64,000 nucleotides of DNA from an uncultured Anaerolinea sp. (GTDB lineage Bacteria; Chloroflexota; Anaerolineae; Anaerolineales; UBA4823), in NCBI GenBank assembly GCA_964503145.1, contig CAZCYV010000010.1:8613-72612 (forward strand). Direction: 5' to 3'. Shown here one piece after another: positions 55,259 to 64,000 of this stretch (within the stretch, counting starts at the first letter, position 1; each line of letters begins with the position of its first letter). Both the position numbers and the translations under genes were made by a program. The notes beneath the pieces were generated by a model. The model was not told where the DNA came from. It worked only from the letters and a program-made list of their open reading frames with translations, and made no database searches.

Positions 55259-57145
55259 ATGGCATTTCATGGTGGTTACGCTGGAATGATGTTAGATGTC
55301 GATCTGACGGCGGGTGTGATCCAAAAGAAGCCGTTAGATGAGATGTTCGCGCGCAAGTATATCGGTGGGCGCGGCTTCACCAGCCGCCTGCAATACGAGC
55401 TGATTACGCCAGAGATCGATCCTCTGAGCCCGGAGAATCCGTTGATCATCGCCAACGGTCCGCTCACCGGCACTCGCGCCCCCGCCGGCAGTCGGTTTGT
55501 CGTCGGCGCGCGTTCGCCTTTGACCGGCATCCTGGGCGACGCCAACGGCGGCGGGCATTGGGGGCCGGAACTGAAGCGGGCTGGCTTCGATTTGATCATC
55601 TTCCGCGGCCGGGCGGAGCGCCCGGTGTATCTGTGGATCAAGGATGGAGAAGCCGAACTGCGCGATGCCAGCCATCTGTGGGGGCTGGACACGCAACAGA
55701 CCCGCCTGGCGCTGATCAAAGAGCTGGGCGGGGATGAGAAGATCAAAGTGGCTTGCATCGGCCCGGCAGGTGAAAACCTGGTGCGCTTCTCAGGCTTTGT
55801 GGTGGACGTGGATCACCTGGCGGCGCGCACCGGCGTCGGGGCGGTGATGGGCTCGAAGAATCTCAAGGCGATCCCGGTGCGCGGCACCCACCCGGTCCCG
55901 CTGTTCGACAAGAAGGCTTTTCAGGAGATCTCCGGCGTCCTGAACAAGATCCTGCTGAGCGACCAGATGAGCGGCGGCGAACTGGCGACCTACGGCACGA
56001 CTTCGCTGCTCACTTTGCACAACACCTACGGCGGCCTGGCCACCCGCAACTGGCAAACCGGCGTATTCGAAGGCGCCGACAAAATCGATGGGGTGGCGTT
56101 CAAGAAGTCTGGCTATGAGGAAGATCCAACCGCCTGCTACTCCTGCCCCTGCCGCTGCGACCGCTATGCCAAGGTGGATGAGGGCGAATACGCTGGCACC
56201 GAGGTGGGCGGCCCGGAATATTTCACCGTCTGCTCTTTCGGCTCGAAATGCGGCAACGACAACCTGGCCTCGATCCTCAAAGCCAACGAACTGTGCAACC
56301 TGTACGGCCTGGACACCGCCTCGACCGGCGGCATCATCGGCTTCCTTATGGAAGCCTGGCAACGTGGGGCAATCACCGCCGAAGACACCGACGGCCTGGA
56401 CTTTTCCTGGGGCAATCACCACACGATCGTCGAGATGATCCATCGCATCGCTTATCGCAAGGGCTTCGGTGATCGCGTGGCAGAAGGCATCCGCCCATTG
56501 GCGGCCTTCATCGGCAAAGGCGCCGAGGATTACGCCATCCATGTCAAAGGCATGGACGCGGTCACCTTCGATCCACGCGCCCTGAAGGTGTACAACTTCC
56601 GCTATGCTGTGGCCTCGCGCGGCGCCGACCACCTGCGCATCTCGGCGCATGGCGCTTATGGGCTGGAAGTCCTGCCGGTCGATGAAGCAGCGGCCAAGAT
56701 GAAATTCTGGCAAGATATCGTCGGCATCCCCGATCTGATGGGTCTGTGCAAGTTCCCATATACCTTTTATTCCGAGACGGCTGAAGTGACTTTCAAGAAA
56801 GTGCTGGAAATCGTGCCAGAACTGTATGGCGCGGCGACCAGTTTCGAGATCACCGGCGAGGAACTCAAGACCGCCTCGGCGCGGATGGGCACCGTGGAAC
56901 GCGCCTTCAACTCGCGCCTGGGCCTGACTTCCAAAGACGATGTCTTACCCCGACGCTTCCTGGAAGAGCCGTTGCCAGAAGGCCCCAAAAAGGGCCAGGT
57001 GATGGATATCCTGGAGCCGCTCAAATATTATTTCTATGCCGCGCAAGGTTGGGACACCGAAACCGGCATCCCAACTCGCGAGACGTTGGAAAATTTGGGC
57101 TTGAGTGATATCGCTGAAGATTTGGCTGCTCGTTCGGTGATATGA
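55259..57145 (+). CDS. Aldehyde:ferredoxin oxidoreductase family protein (second copy)
   Basis: YIGGRG, RSPLTG, IGPAGE, RTGVGAVMGSKNLKAI, CYSCPCRC, GPEY, GLDT, SRGADH, LGLCKF-like. Confidence 0.93.
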   Translation: MAFHGGYAGMMLDVDLTAGVIQKKPLDEMFARKYIGGRGFTSRLQYELITPEIDPLSPENPLIIANGPLTGTRAPAGSRFVVGARSPLTGILGDANGGGHWGPELKRAGFDLIIFRGRAERPVYLWIKDGEAELRDASHLWGLDTQQTRLALIKELGGDEKIKVACIGPAGENLVRFSGFVVDVDHLAARTGVGAVMGSKNLKAIPVRGTHPVPLFDKKAFQEISGVLNKILLSDQMSGGELATYGTTSLLTLHNTYGGLATRNWQTGVFEGADKIDGVAFKKSGYEEDPTACYSCPCRCDRYAKVDEGEYAGTEVGGPEYFTVCSFGSKCGNDNLASILKANELCNLYGLDTASTGGIIGFLMEAWQRGAITAEDTDGLDFSWGNHHTIVEMIHRIAYRKGFGDRVAEGIRPLAAFIGKGAEDYAIHVKGMDAVTFDPRALKVYNFRYAVASRGADHLRISAHGAYGLEVLPVDEAAAKMKFWQDIVGIPDLMGLCKFPYTFYSETAEVTFKKVLEIVPELYGAATSFEITGEELKTASARMGTVERAFNSRLGLTSKDDVLPRRFLEEPLPEGPKKGQVMDILEPLKYYFYAAQGWDTETGIPTRETLENLGLSDIAEDLAARSVI

Positions 57146-57249
57146 CCTGAACCAGCTCGACAGGCTTGCGGAGTCTGCGCTGACCCACATCGTTGGCGCA
57201 GCCGCCAGACTCCAAAAGCCTGGGCGGGGTGGTGTTTTGTGGAGGCAAG

Positions 57250-57978
57250 ATGGACAGTGGTGAATGGGCCAACGGAGTCAACCTGAAAAAGAAACCGGCG
57301 CTGGATCGCACTGTGCTGCGCGAGCAGATACGTGAGTATCTGGTCGATGCCATTCTCAATGGCGAGTTCAACGCCGGCGACCGGATCGTTGAAACGCGCG
57401 TGGCGCAGCAACTGGGCGTCAGCCAGGGAGCAGTGCGCGAGGCGCTACGTGAACTGGAGTGGATGGGTTTTTTGGAATCGGAGCCCTTCAGCGGCACTTT
57501 TGTCAAAGACCTGTCGATCACCGATCTGTTGGAGATTTACCCGGTGCGCGCGGCGCTCGAAGCGCTGGGAGCCAAGCTGGCCACACCCAGGCTGACCGAT
57601 GCTCAACTCGAGGAGCTGGAACGACTGATCGAAGAGATGTTACGCGCCAGTGAAGCGGGCGACTCGCGCCGAATGGCGGCGATCAACTACGCCTTTCACC
57701 AAAAGATCATCGAAGCCTCAGGCAATAGCGTCCTGATTCGCAACTGGAGCATATTCCAGTTTTCCTACTGGACCACCGTTTCCACCGCTCGCCTGTACAG
57801 CGACCTGGTCTATCTTGCCCAACGTCATTATGTCGTCCTGGAGGCCCTGCGCTCGCGAGACCCAGAGAAGGCATCGCATGCGATGCATGATCACATCATG
57901 GAGCTGGTGAACCTGATTTCGAAATTCCTGGTCACGAATCCATCCAACCTGGCAGACGTCTCGCTTAAAAACCGGTGA
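57250..57978 (+). CDS. GntR family regulator (FCD type)
   Basis: GDRIVE..VAQQLGVSQGAVREALREL, RAALE, NYAFHQKI..ASGN. Confidence 0.92.
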   Translation: MDSGEWANGVNLKKKPALDRTVLREQIREYLVDAILNGEFNAGDRIVETRVAQQLGVSQGAVREALRELEWMGFLESEPFSGTFVKDLSITDLLEIYPVRAALEALGAKLATPRLTDAQLEELERLIEEMLRASEAGDSRRMAAINYAFHQKIIEASGNSVLIRNWSIFQFSYWTTVSTARLYSDLVYLAQRHYVVLEALRSRDPEKASHAMHDHIMELVNLISKFLVTNPSNLADVSLKNR

Positions 57979-58015
57979 GAAAACTGGATTCGTTGCCGAT
58001 TGGTTGCATCCCGTT

Positions 58016-59071
58016 ATGAACTCGAAAGAGCGTGTCCTGGCAGCCCTGAGCCATCAGCCGAGCGATCGTATTCCGCTCACCATGGTGCATGGCTATATAG
58101 TCCCCGAGATGGAGAGGCGACTAAAAGAACATTACTACCTCTACGGTGTAGAGACTTTGCACCCATTTTTCAAACTGGACACGCAATGGATCGAGCCTGT
58201 TTATGTTGGTCCGCCATTGGGTGTGGACCAGGAGGGCAATCGCCTGGGGATTTGGGGAACACCAGAGTACATCCAGACCTACAGCGAGCGCTTCCGCCGG
58301 CCACTGGCGGAGATCACCAGCGTCGCCGAAGTAGAGGCTTATCCCTGGCCTCAGATCGAGTGGTTCGATTTTTCTACGATCCCGCAAATGGCAAACCTGT
58401 ATCGGGATTATGCGGTGATCTGCCCCCGGCGATGGTCGCCGGTCTTCGATCGCATTGCTGAACTGATGGGTTTCGAGACCTTCCTGATCAATTTGATCAC
58501 CCAGCCTAAAGTGATCGAAGCGCTGGTAGAAAAGATCACTGATTGGAACTGCCAGATGTGGCAGCGGGTTTTGGATGCTGCGCCGGGAATGATCGACATC
58601 TGCTACACCGGCGAAGATCCAGCAGGGCAACTTAATCTGCTCATTCGCCCTGAGCTATGGAGGCGTTATTTCAAACCTGCGTACGCACGCCTGTTCGAGA
58701 TCGCCCACTCGCGCGGCGCATATGTGATGTTTCACATTTGCGGGAATGCCACGCCTATTCTGCCGGACTTGATCGAGATTGGGATGGATATTCTGATGCC
58801 CGTGCAGGTATCGGCAAAAGACATGGACCCGGCTCGATTGAAACGTGAATACGGCAGAGAGATCACCTTTTGGGGCGGTGTGGATACCCAACACTTGCTT
58901 CCCAACGGCACTCCCGATCAGGTGCGGCGTGAGGTGCGACGTTTGATCGACATCCTGGGCGAAGGCGGCGGTTTCGTCCTGGCCAGCACCCATAATTTGA
59001 CCGCCGATATCCCCATCGAAAATATCTGGGCAATGTACGATGAAGCAGCCCGTTATTATCCCTTCGTTTGA
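58016..59071 (+). CDS. Uroporphyrinogen decarboxylase-family protein (UroD/MtaA-like TIM barrel)
   Basis: MNSKERVLAAL, GEDPAGQ, FHICG, FWGGVDTQ, FVLASTHN. Confidence 0.85.
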   Translation: MNSKERVLAALSHQPSDRIPLTMVHGYIVPEMERRLKEHYYLYGVETLHPFFKLDTQWIEPVYVGPPLGVDQEGNRLGIWGTPEYIQTYSERFRRPLAEITSVAEVEAYPWPQIEWFDFSTIPQMANLYRDYAVICPRRWSPVFDRIAELMGFETFLINLITQPKVIEALVEKITDWNCQMWQRVLDAAPGMIDICYTGEDPAGQLNLLIRPELWRRYFKPAYARLFEIAHSRGAYVMFHICGNATPILPDLIEIGMDILMPVQVSAKDMDPARLKREYGREITFWGGVDTQHLLPNGTPDQVRREVRRLIDILGEGGGFVLASTHNLTADIPIENIWAMYDEAARYYPFV

Positions 59072-59099
59072 CCGGTCTTATTGACTGCATGAGGCATCA

Positions 59100-59348
59100 A
59101 TGAGCGATAAGAATATCGTCATCCAGGTAAATTTACACGCCATCCTGCGCACCCTGGTCCAGGCGGGAGATAGCGGAACGTTGAACCTTTCACTGCCTGC
59201 AGATGCCCGCGCCGCAGACATTCTCCCGCTGCTTAATCTGCCTGCGATGGAGGTGGTGTACTCGGTCAACTCGATGATTGTGGATGCGAACACACCACTG
59301 AAAGACGGCGACCGCGTGGACGTTATCCCGGCGATTTCCGGTGGCTAA
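59100..59348 (+). CDS. MoaD/ThiS family sulfur carrier
   Basis: 82 aa ending LKDGDRVDVIPAISGG. Confidence 0.9.
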   Translation: MSDKNIVIQVNLHAILRTLVQAGDSGTLNLSLPADARAADILPLLNLPAMEVVYSVNSMIVDANTPLKDGDRVDVIPAISGG

Positions 59349-59886
59349 AGCGGCCTTCCACCTCCCTGTCATTGACTTCTGGAAAATTACCTTGAACACT
59401 GCTCAGGATGCAATCGAAAGAGCCCGCTCGTATTTTTTACGAGAGGATAACCTATACGGCTGTGCCGAGACTACTTATATCACCTTGAAGGAGGCCTATA
59501 ACCTGCCAGACCCGGCAAATTCATCAGCAGCGATGGCGTTGAACGGCGGCGTGGCCTATAGCGGCAGCGTCTGTGGAGCTATCTCGGGCGCCGCGCTGGC
59601 CGTGGGGATGCTGGCGGAACAGCGTATCCTCGACCACAAACTTGCCAAGCGCATTGCCCGGCGGATCATTACCTGTCTCATGGATCAATTCCAGGCTAAG
59701 TTCCAATCAACCAATTGCCGTGATCTCATTCAAATGGACATCCGAGACGAGCGGCAGCATCAGCATTTCATCGAGAGCGGTATCTGGCGCACCCGTTGCA
59801 TACAGCAGATCGAATTCGCCATCCTGCAACTGTTCGATTTGCGCGAACCGGAAGTCTGGGAGCGTGTCTTGCATGAGCTTAGCTGA
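59341..59886 (+). CDS. C-GCAxxG-C-C family putative redox protein (start may be TTG 59390)
   Basis: GCAE...GSVCGAISG...NCRDL...RC spacing. Confidence 0.8.
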   Translation: MAKAAFHLPVIDFWKITLNTAQDAIERARSYFLREDNLYGCAETTYITLKEAYNLPDPANSSAAMALNGGVAYSGSVCGAISGAALAVGMLAEQRILDHKLAKRIARRIITCLMDQFQAKFQSTNCRDLIQMDIRDERQHQHFIESGIWRTRCIQQIEFAILQLFDLREPEVWERVLHELS

Positions 59887-60778
59887 GCTGCGACCCAGGC
59901 CAGGCCGCCAACAGCGCGCTGGCAAGGATCAGCACGCCGCCTGCCAGTTCTGGAGCGCTCAGGCTTTCGTTCAAGAACAAAACCGACCAGAGCACTGCAA
60001 GCAGGGTCTCCAGCGGTGCTAACAGTGCCACCTGCCCGCTGCCGATCTCCCGAATGGCGCGAAACATGGCCAGCCGCGACAGGTAGGTGTTGAGGATAGC
60101 CAACGCTGCAATCGCCAGCCAGCCCCCCAGCCCAGGCGCTTTCCAGGGAAAGCCTTGAAGCCCCCAAATCGCCAGCATGAAAAAGGCAGTGATCCCTATC
60201 ACGTAATACACCACCAGCCGGGTGGGGTAGCGATTCAAGTACCATTGAGTGATGACCAATTGGACCGCAAAACTGACCGCAGTGGTGAAAGCAAACAGGA
60301 TTCCCAACGCATCGATCTGCCCTCCTGGCCCCAGGAGCAGATACACTCCGCCCAGGCCCAACAGCAGGCGCAAGGCCTTTATTCGGGTGAGCAATTCACC
60401 GCGCAGCGCCAGCAGGATCAGCACCACCAGCGGATACAGCGAGACCAGCATCGAGGCGATCGAAGCATGAATGCGCTCCAGCGCCCAGAAATAGGCCAGG
60501 CTGGCGATCCCGCTGGCTAAGCCAGCGCCGGTCATCAAAAGCCAGCCCCGCTTCGGGATGGCGAGCGAGGCTCGATTGCTTGAGCGTCCAGCGTGCAACG
60601 TGCCGGCCAGCAGCACCCAGGCCAGCGAGAAGCGTAAGGCCTGCAGAGTGGTGGGGTTTAAGCCAGACAGGATCGCCGCGCGGCCAACCGGCGCAGTCAG
60701 GCTCAACGCAAAAGTGGCCAGCAAGGCGCTGGCCCAACCAATCCACTTGAGCCGTTGCAATTTCATCGGAGATGCCAT
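59879..60778 (-). CDS. EamA/DMT family transporter
   Basis: Ten TM segments; ALRF, ASMLVSLYP, LLAPLETLLAVLWSVLFLNE. Confidence 0.9.
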   Translation of the reverse strand: MASPMKLQRLKWIGWASALLATFALSLTAPVGRAAILSGLNPTTLQALRFSLAWVLLAGTLHAGRSSNRASLAIPKRGWLLMTGAGLASGIASLAYFWALERIHASIASMLVSLYPLVVLILLALRGELLTRIKALRLLLGLGGVYLLLGPGGQIDALGILFAFTTAVSFAVQLVITQWYLNRYPTRLVVYYVIGITAFFMLAIWGLQGFPWKAPGLGGWLAIAALAILNTYLSRLAMFRAIREIGSGQVALLAPLETLLAVLWSVLFLNESLSAPELAGGVLILASALLAAWPGSQLS

Positions 60779-60816
60779 CTGGTCAGCCTTATCCTACCAC
60801 ATAGAGGTCATACCTA

Positions 60817-61575
60817 ATGCACCCACTTTCGATCGATCCACAACAAGCTCTGATCTATCTGGCAGTAGCTCTGGCGTGTTTTCTAACCGGTTTGTCCAAA
60901 GCCGGGTTAGGAGGCACACTGGGCTTCTTGATTACGCCTATGCTGGCGCTGGTCATGCCATTGAACACGGCCGTCGGCCTGATGTTGCCGATCTTGATCC
61001 TGGGCGATGTTTTCACATTGAGCGTTTACTGGCGCCGTTGGGAAGTGCGCCACTTATGGATATTGTTTGTCGGCGCAGCGGTCGGCGTCACTCTGGCCAC
61101 ATTCGTGCTGACCAGTTTCCCGCTGAACGTGTTGCGCAAAGGGCTGGGCGCACTGGTGTTGACCTTTGTGGTTTATCGCCTTCTTGAGCAGCGCATCTTA
61201 AGAATGCTCACCTACCGGCCAAAATCCTGGCACGGCGTACTTGCCGGCTCGTTGGCGGGTTTCACCTCGACCCTGGCGCATGCAGGCGGCCCACCCATCT
61301 CCATCTACCTGTTGTTACAAAGCTTGCCTCCAGTGACATTCATCGCCACATCGGCGCTGTTTTTTGCCATCTTGAACTGGATCAAAGTGCCCTATTATTT
61401 CTATGCCGGTCTGTTCGACTTCAAACTGCAATTACAGCTCATCTGGCTGACCCCCTTGCTGCCGTTGGGCGTCTGGATGGGCAAGCGGTTGCTCTACCGG
61501 ATGAACAAAGGCGTGTTCGAAGCGGTGATCATCGTATTGCTGCTCTCTTCTGGCCTGCTTTTGCTGTTGCGGTAG
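60817..61575 (+). CDS. TauE/SafE family permease
   Basis: GLSKAGLGG, GLMLPILILGD, AHAGGPP, NWIKVPYY. Confidence 0.88.
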   Translation: MHPLSIDPQQALIYLAVALACFLTGLSKAGLGGTLGFLITPMLALVMPLNTAVGLMLPILILGDVFTLSVYWRRWEVRHLWILFVGAAVGVTLATFVLTSFPLNVLRKGLGALVLTFVVYRLLEQRILRMLTYRPKSWHGVLAGSLAGFTSTLAHAGGPPISIYLLLQSLPPVTFIATSALFFAILNWIKVPYYFYAGLFDFKLQLQLIWLTPLLPLGVWMGKRLLYRMNKGVFEAVIIVLLLSSGLLLLLR

Positions 61576-61749
61576 CCAGTATGGCATCCAACAGGCAAAA
61601 AAGAGGCATTTTGTCCGCTCAAGACGGGTTATGGGCTTGTTGCCGGATGCCCTCAAGATTATAATAACCCAATAGCCATGACCGCATGGCTCACTTCCAG
61701 GAAATCGATGGGTTGTCGTAGCCCATCGGGATTGCAGACAGGCGCAAGC

Positions 61750-62139
61750 ATGACCCCAAACGACAGTCAGGACGACCAACATACCGGCAGGGACGCCAGC
61801 CCACAGAAGGGGGCCGACCAAACAGCGGAGCAGGTCTATGGGCTTAAGTTCGTCCTGGAGAACGGGGAGACCAGGATTTTTACGACGCTGCCAATCTCCA
61901 TCGGCCGCGCGCCGGATAATGATATTGTCCTCGCCAACGAGACGGTGTCGGCGCACCATGCGCGGGTTTATTACGACGAAAAAGCCAGGGATATCTGCAT
62001 CATCGATCTGGACTCTCTGAACGGCCTGTTCATCAGTGGTCAGCCGACGCGGCGCAATGTGCTTTTCGATGGAGTCAGAATCGGTCTGGGCACGGCAAAC
62101 CTGGTGTTCCGAGACACCGGCTTTATCTATCCGGGTTAG
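61750..62139 (+). CDS. FHA domain protein
   Basis: SIGRAPDNDIVL..ETVSAHHA, DLDSLNG, IGLG. Confidence 0.9.
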   Translation: MTPNDSQDDQHTGRDASPQKGADQTAEQVYGLKFVLENGETRIFTTLPISIGRAPDNDIVLANETVSAHHARVYYDEKARDICIIDLDSLNGLFISGQPTRRNVLFDGVRIGLGTANLVFRDTGFIYPG

Positions 62140-62161
62140 GTGATCCCAATCGAGTGAGCGT

Positions 62162-63955
62162 ATGATCATCTGCCCAAATTGCCACACCGAAAACCGGACC
62201 GGCGCGAAATTTTGCAAAAACTGCGCCACGCGATTGCAGGTATCTGCTGCCGTTACTCGACCGTTAGAGGACGACGCCACTTCTCCAGAACTCGAGGCGC
62301 CCAATTCGACGTCGGTTGCCAACACCCAGGCCACACGCCGGCCCGAGGCGGCGCAGCGCACCGGCACACACGCCCTGCCAGAGGGCTTGGCTTTCGAACG
62401 CCGGCCTCGTGGAGCGATCTTTGGCGATAACTATCTTTTCGAAGCCGTCATTTACAGCAACGAGCACCAGCACCGCTACCAGGTACATCAACTCGATGTG
62501 CCGGAAGATTTACAGATCAGGGTTTGCCCCAATCCAGCCTGCGGGGCGGTGTTTCCACCCCGCAGCGCCGCACCGGAGAGATTTTGCACCGATTGCGGCA
62601 CGACGTTAGAGCGGGGCGGCAAAAACCTGATCGTCATCGAATCCAACACGCCTCTCCCAGAAAACATTGTCCGGGCGGCAGCCAAGGGGCTTTCGCACGG
62701 CAGCGTGCGCTCTCCCCTGGCCGCTTTTGTCGAACGCCTGGCGGGGCAGCCGCGTCACTGTGTGGTGGTCAGCCGAGTTAACGCCTTCGAAGGCGCCCCG
62801 GATACGCGGCAGGCATTGAGGTGGGGCGCAGCATTGGCGCGTGGATTGGACTACCTGCATGACAATGGAGTTACATTCGAGGGACAGATCAGGCCCACCG
62901 ATATCGGCATGGCCGAGGGGCACCCGGTATGGGCGAATTTCACCCATTGCAGCCATCACCCGGACGGCTACGTTTTCGACCGCAAACCAGACACAACCGC
63001 ACTGGCGCTTTTGGTTTTCCATTGGCTGACGGGAAAGAAGCAATTCGAGCGCGATCCGAACCTCACCCCTGCAATGAACCGCGCCTTTGAGCCGTACTAC
63101 GCGGGCATCGGGGTAGAGGATGCCGGCGAACTGGCCGGTCTTCTGGAGAATGCCCTGCAAGAATCAGAAGCCCCCCACGATGTCGATTATCGCATCGGAC
63201 GCCGTACACACGTGGGCATGGTGCGCAACCTGAACGAAGACAGCCTGCTGACCCTGGAGCTTAACCGCATGCAGCAGTCGGTCAGCCAGCCGCTGGGCAT
63301 CTTCATCATCGCCGATGGCATGGGAGGGCACGCGGCGGGAGAAATTGCCAGCGGGACGATCGTCAATACGATGGCTCAAAAAGCCACTAAAGAGCTGCTC
63401 CACTGTCAATTGACCCAGGGAAGCGCTGGCGATTGCCAAAAATGGTTACAAGAAGCGGTCGAAGCCGCCAATGCAGAAGTGTATGCCCTGCGCCAGTCAT
63501 CAGGCTCTGATATGGGTTCTACCCTGGTGGCTGCGGTCATGGAAGGAAACAAAGCTTATATCGCTCATATTGGAGATAGCCGCGCCTATCTGATCAACGC
63601 TCAGGGCATTCAGCGGTTGACCCTCGACCATTCTCTGGTGGAACGCCTGATCGTAACTCATCAAATCACGCCGGAAGAAGCTCGCTTTCACCCTCAGCGC
63701 AACGTGATCTATCGGACGATCGGTGATAAGCTCAAAATCGAAGTGGAAACTTCCACCCATGTGCTGAACATTGGCGATCACTTGCTGCTGTGCTCCGACG
63801 GCTTGAGCGGCATGGTGGACGACCAGGCAATCGCGAAGATTGTGATGGAGGCGCCGTCGCCGCAGGCAGCCTGTGATGCGCTGGTCAGCGCGGCCAATGC
63901 CGCTGGCGGTGAGGACAACATCTCTGTGATCATCGTCCAGGTTATCCAACCCTGA
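62162..63955 (+). CDS. Zinc-ribbon / degenerate protein kinase / PP2C phosphatase fusion
   Basis: CPNC..CKNC and CPNPAC..CTDC ribbons; kinase relic GLDYLHD...ANF...D..ALA; intact PP2C (NEDS, ADGMGGH, GDSRAY, CSDGL, EDNIS). Confidence 0.88.
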   Translation: MIICPNCHTENRTGAKFCKNCATRLQVSAAVTRPLEDDATSPELEAPNSTSVANTQATRRPEAAQRTGTHALPEGLAFERRPRGAIFGDNYLFEAVIYSNEHQHRYQVHQLDVPEDLQIRVCPNPACGAVFPPRSAAPERFCTDCGTTLERGGKNLIVIESNTPLPENIVRAAAKGLSHGSVRSPLAAFVERLAGQPRHCVVVSRVNAFEGAPDTRQALRWGAALARGLDYLHDNGVTFEGQIRPTDIGMAEGHPVWANFTHCSHHPDGYVFDRKPDTTALALLVFHWLTGKKQFERDPNLTPAMNRAFEPYYAGIGVEDAGELAGLLENALQESEAPHDVDYRIGRRTHVGMVRNLNEDSLLTLELNRMQQSVSQPLGIFIIADGMGGHAAGEIASGTIVNTMAQKATKELLHCQLTQGSAGDCQKWLQEAVEAANAEVYALRQSSGSDMGSTLVAAVMEGNKAYIAHIGDSRAYLINAQGIQRLTLDHSLVERLIVTHQITPEEARFHPQRNVIYRTIGDKLKIEVETSTHVLNIGDHLLLCSDGLSGMVDDQAIAKIVMEAPSPQAACDALVSAANAAGGEDNISVIIVQVIQP

Positions 63956-64000
63956 TGGGTTTTCGGACGCAGTATGCTAGGCGCAGTTGAGGACATCGAA

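Noticed and set aside
19040-59886. Selenocysteine/UGA read-through in ArsM, thioredoxin-like, C-GCAxxG-C-C or AOR genes
   Set aside because: The redox motifs are encoded by Cys codons in uninterrupted ORFs; no in-frame UGA followed by continuing homology was seen.
112-63996. Numerous overlapping 60-470-aa alternative-frame ORFs (e.g. 596-1771, 28013-28747, 50304-51701)
   Set aside because: All lie within well-supported genes, are Arg/Ala/Gly-rich and lack family motifs or ribosome-binding sites.
63975-64000. Start of a further ORF
   Set aside because: Only about 8 codons are visible; no call is possible.

Overview
A gene-dense, GC-rich bacterial window with no rRNA, tRNA, CRISPR array or recognisable mobile element. 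Gene content and the Thr-Pro-rich membrane and lipoprotein linkers suggest Chloroflexota (Anaerolineae-like); this is an inference. Layout: (1) 1-11.6 kb, an ADP-forming acyl-CoA ligase and a signalling island with two intact histidine kinases, two receiver-PAS proteins with degenerate kinase domains, an OmpR-type regulator and a Thr/Pro-stalk membrane protein. (2) 11.7-18.6 kb, housekeeping genes (GT-C glycosyltransferase, HAL2-like phosphatase, rimO, double-HTH rodZ, rplI, recO). (3) 18.6-23.4 kb, an arsenic/redox cluster (arsR, a tandem two-domain methyltransferase/ArsM fusion, two arsC, TauE, two thioredoxin-like proteins) with no arsenite pump. (4) 23.5-32.4 kb, miaB, a P450, glgA, an AbrB-radical SAM-SPASM protein, larA and an aldehyde:ferredoxin oxidoreductase (AOR). 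(5) 32.4-59.9 kb, a large catabolic cluster of unknown substrate: split transketolase, IclR, DeoC, Gfo/Idh/MocA, TIM-barrel epimerase, ROK kinase, a sugar ABC transporter whose binding protein carries a 958-bp near-exact internal duplication, SDR, cyclase, a split PEP-synthase-like (phenylphosphate synthase/CreHI-type) phosphotransferase whose halves bracket an unknown P-loop protein and a Mo-hydroxylase, a second AOR, GntR, a UroD-family protein, MoaD and a C-GCAxxG-C-C protein. (6) 59.9-64 kb, EamA, TauE, an FHA protein and a zinc-ribbon/pseudokinase/PP2C fusion. The best candidate for an undescribed system is the split-dikinase + P-loop + Mo/W-oxidoreductase module within the glycoside-type catabolic cluster. 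All assignments are by eye from motifs; no database searches were run.
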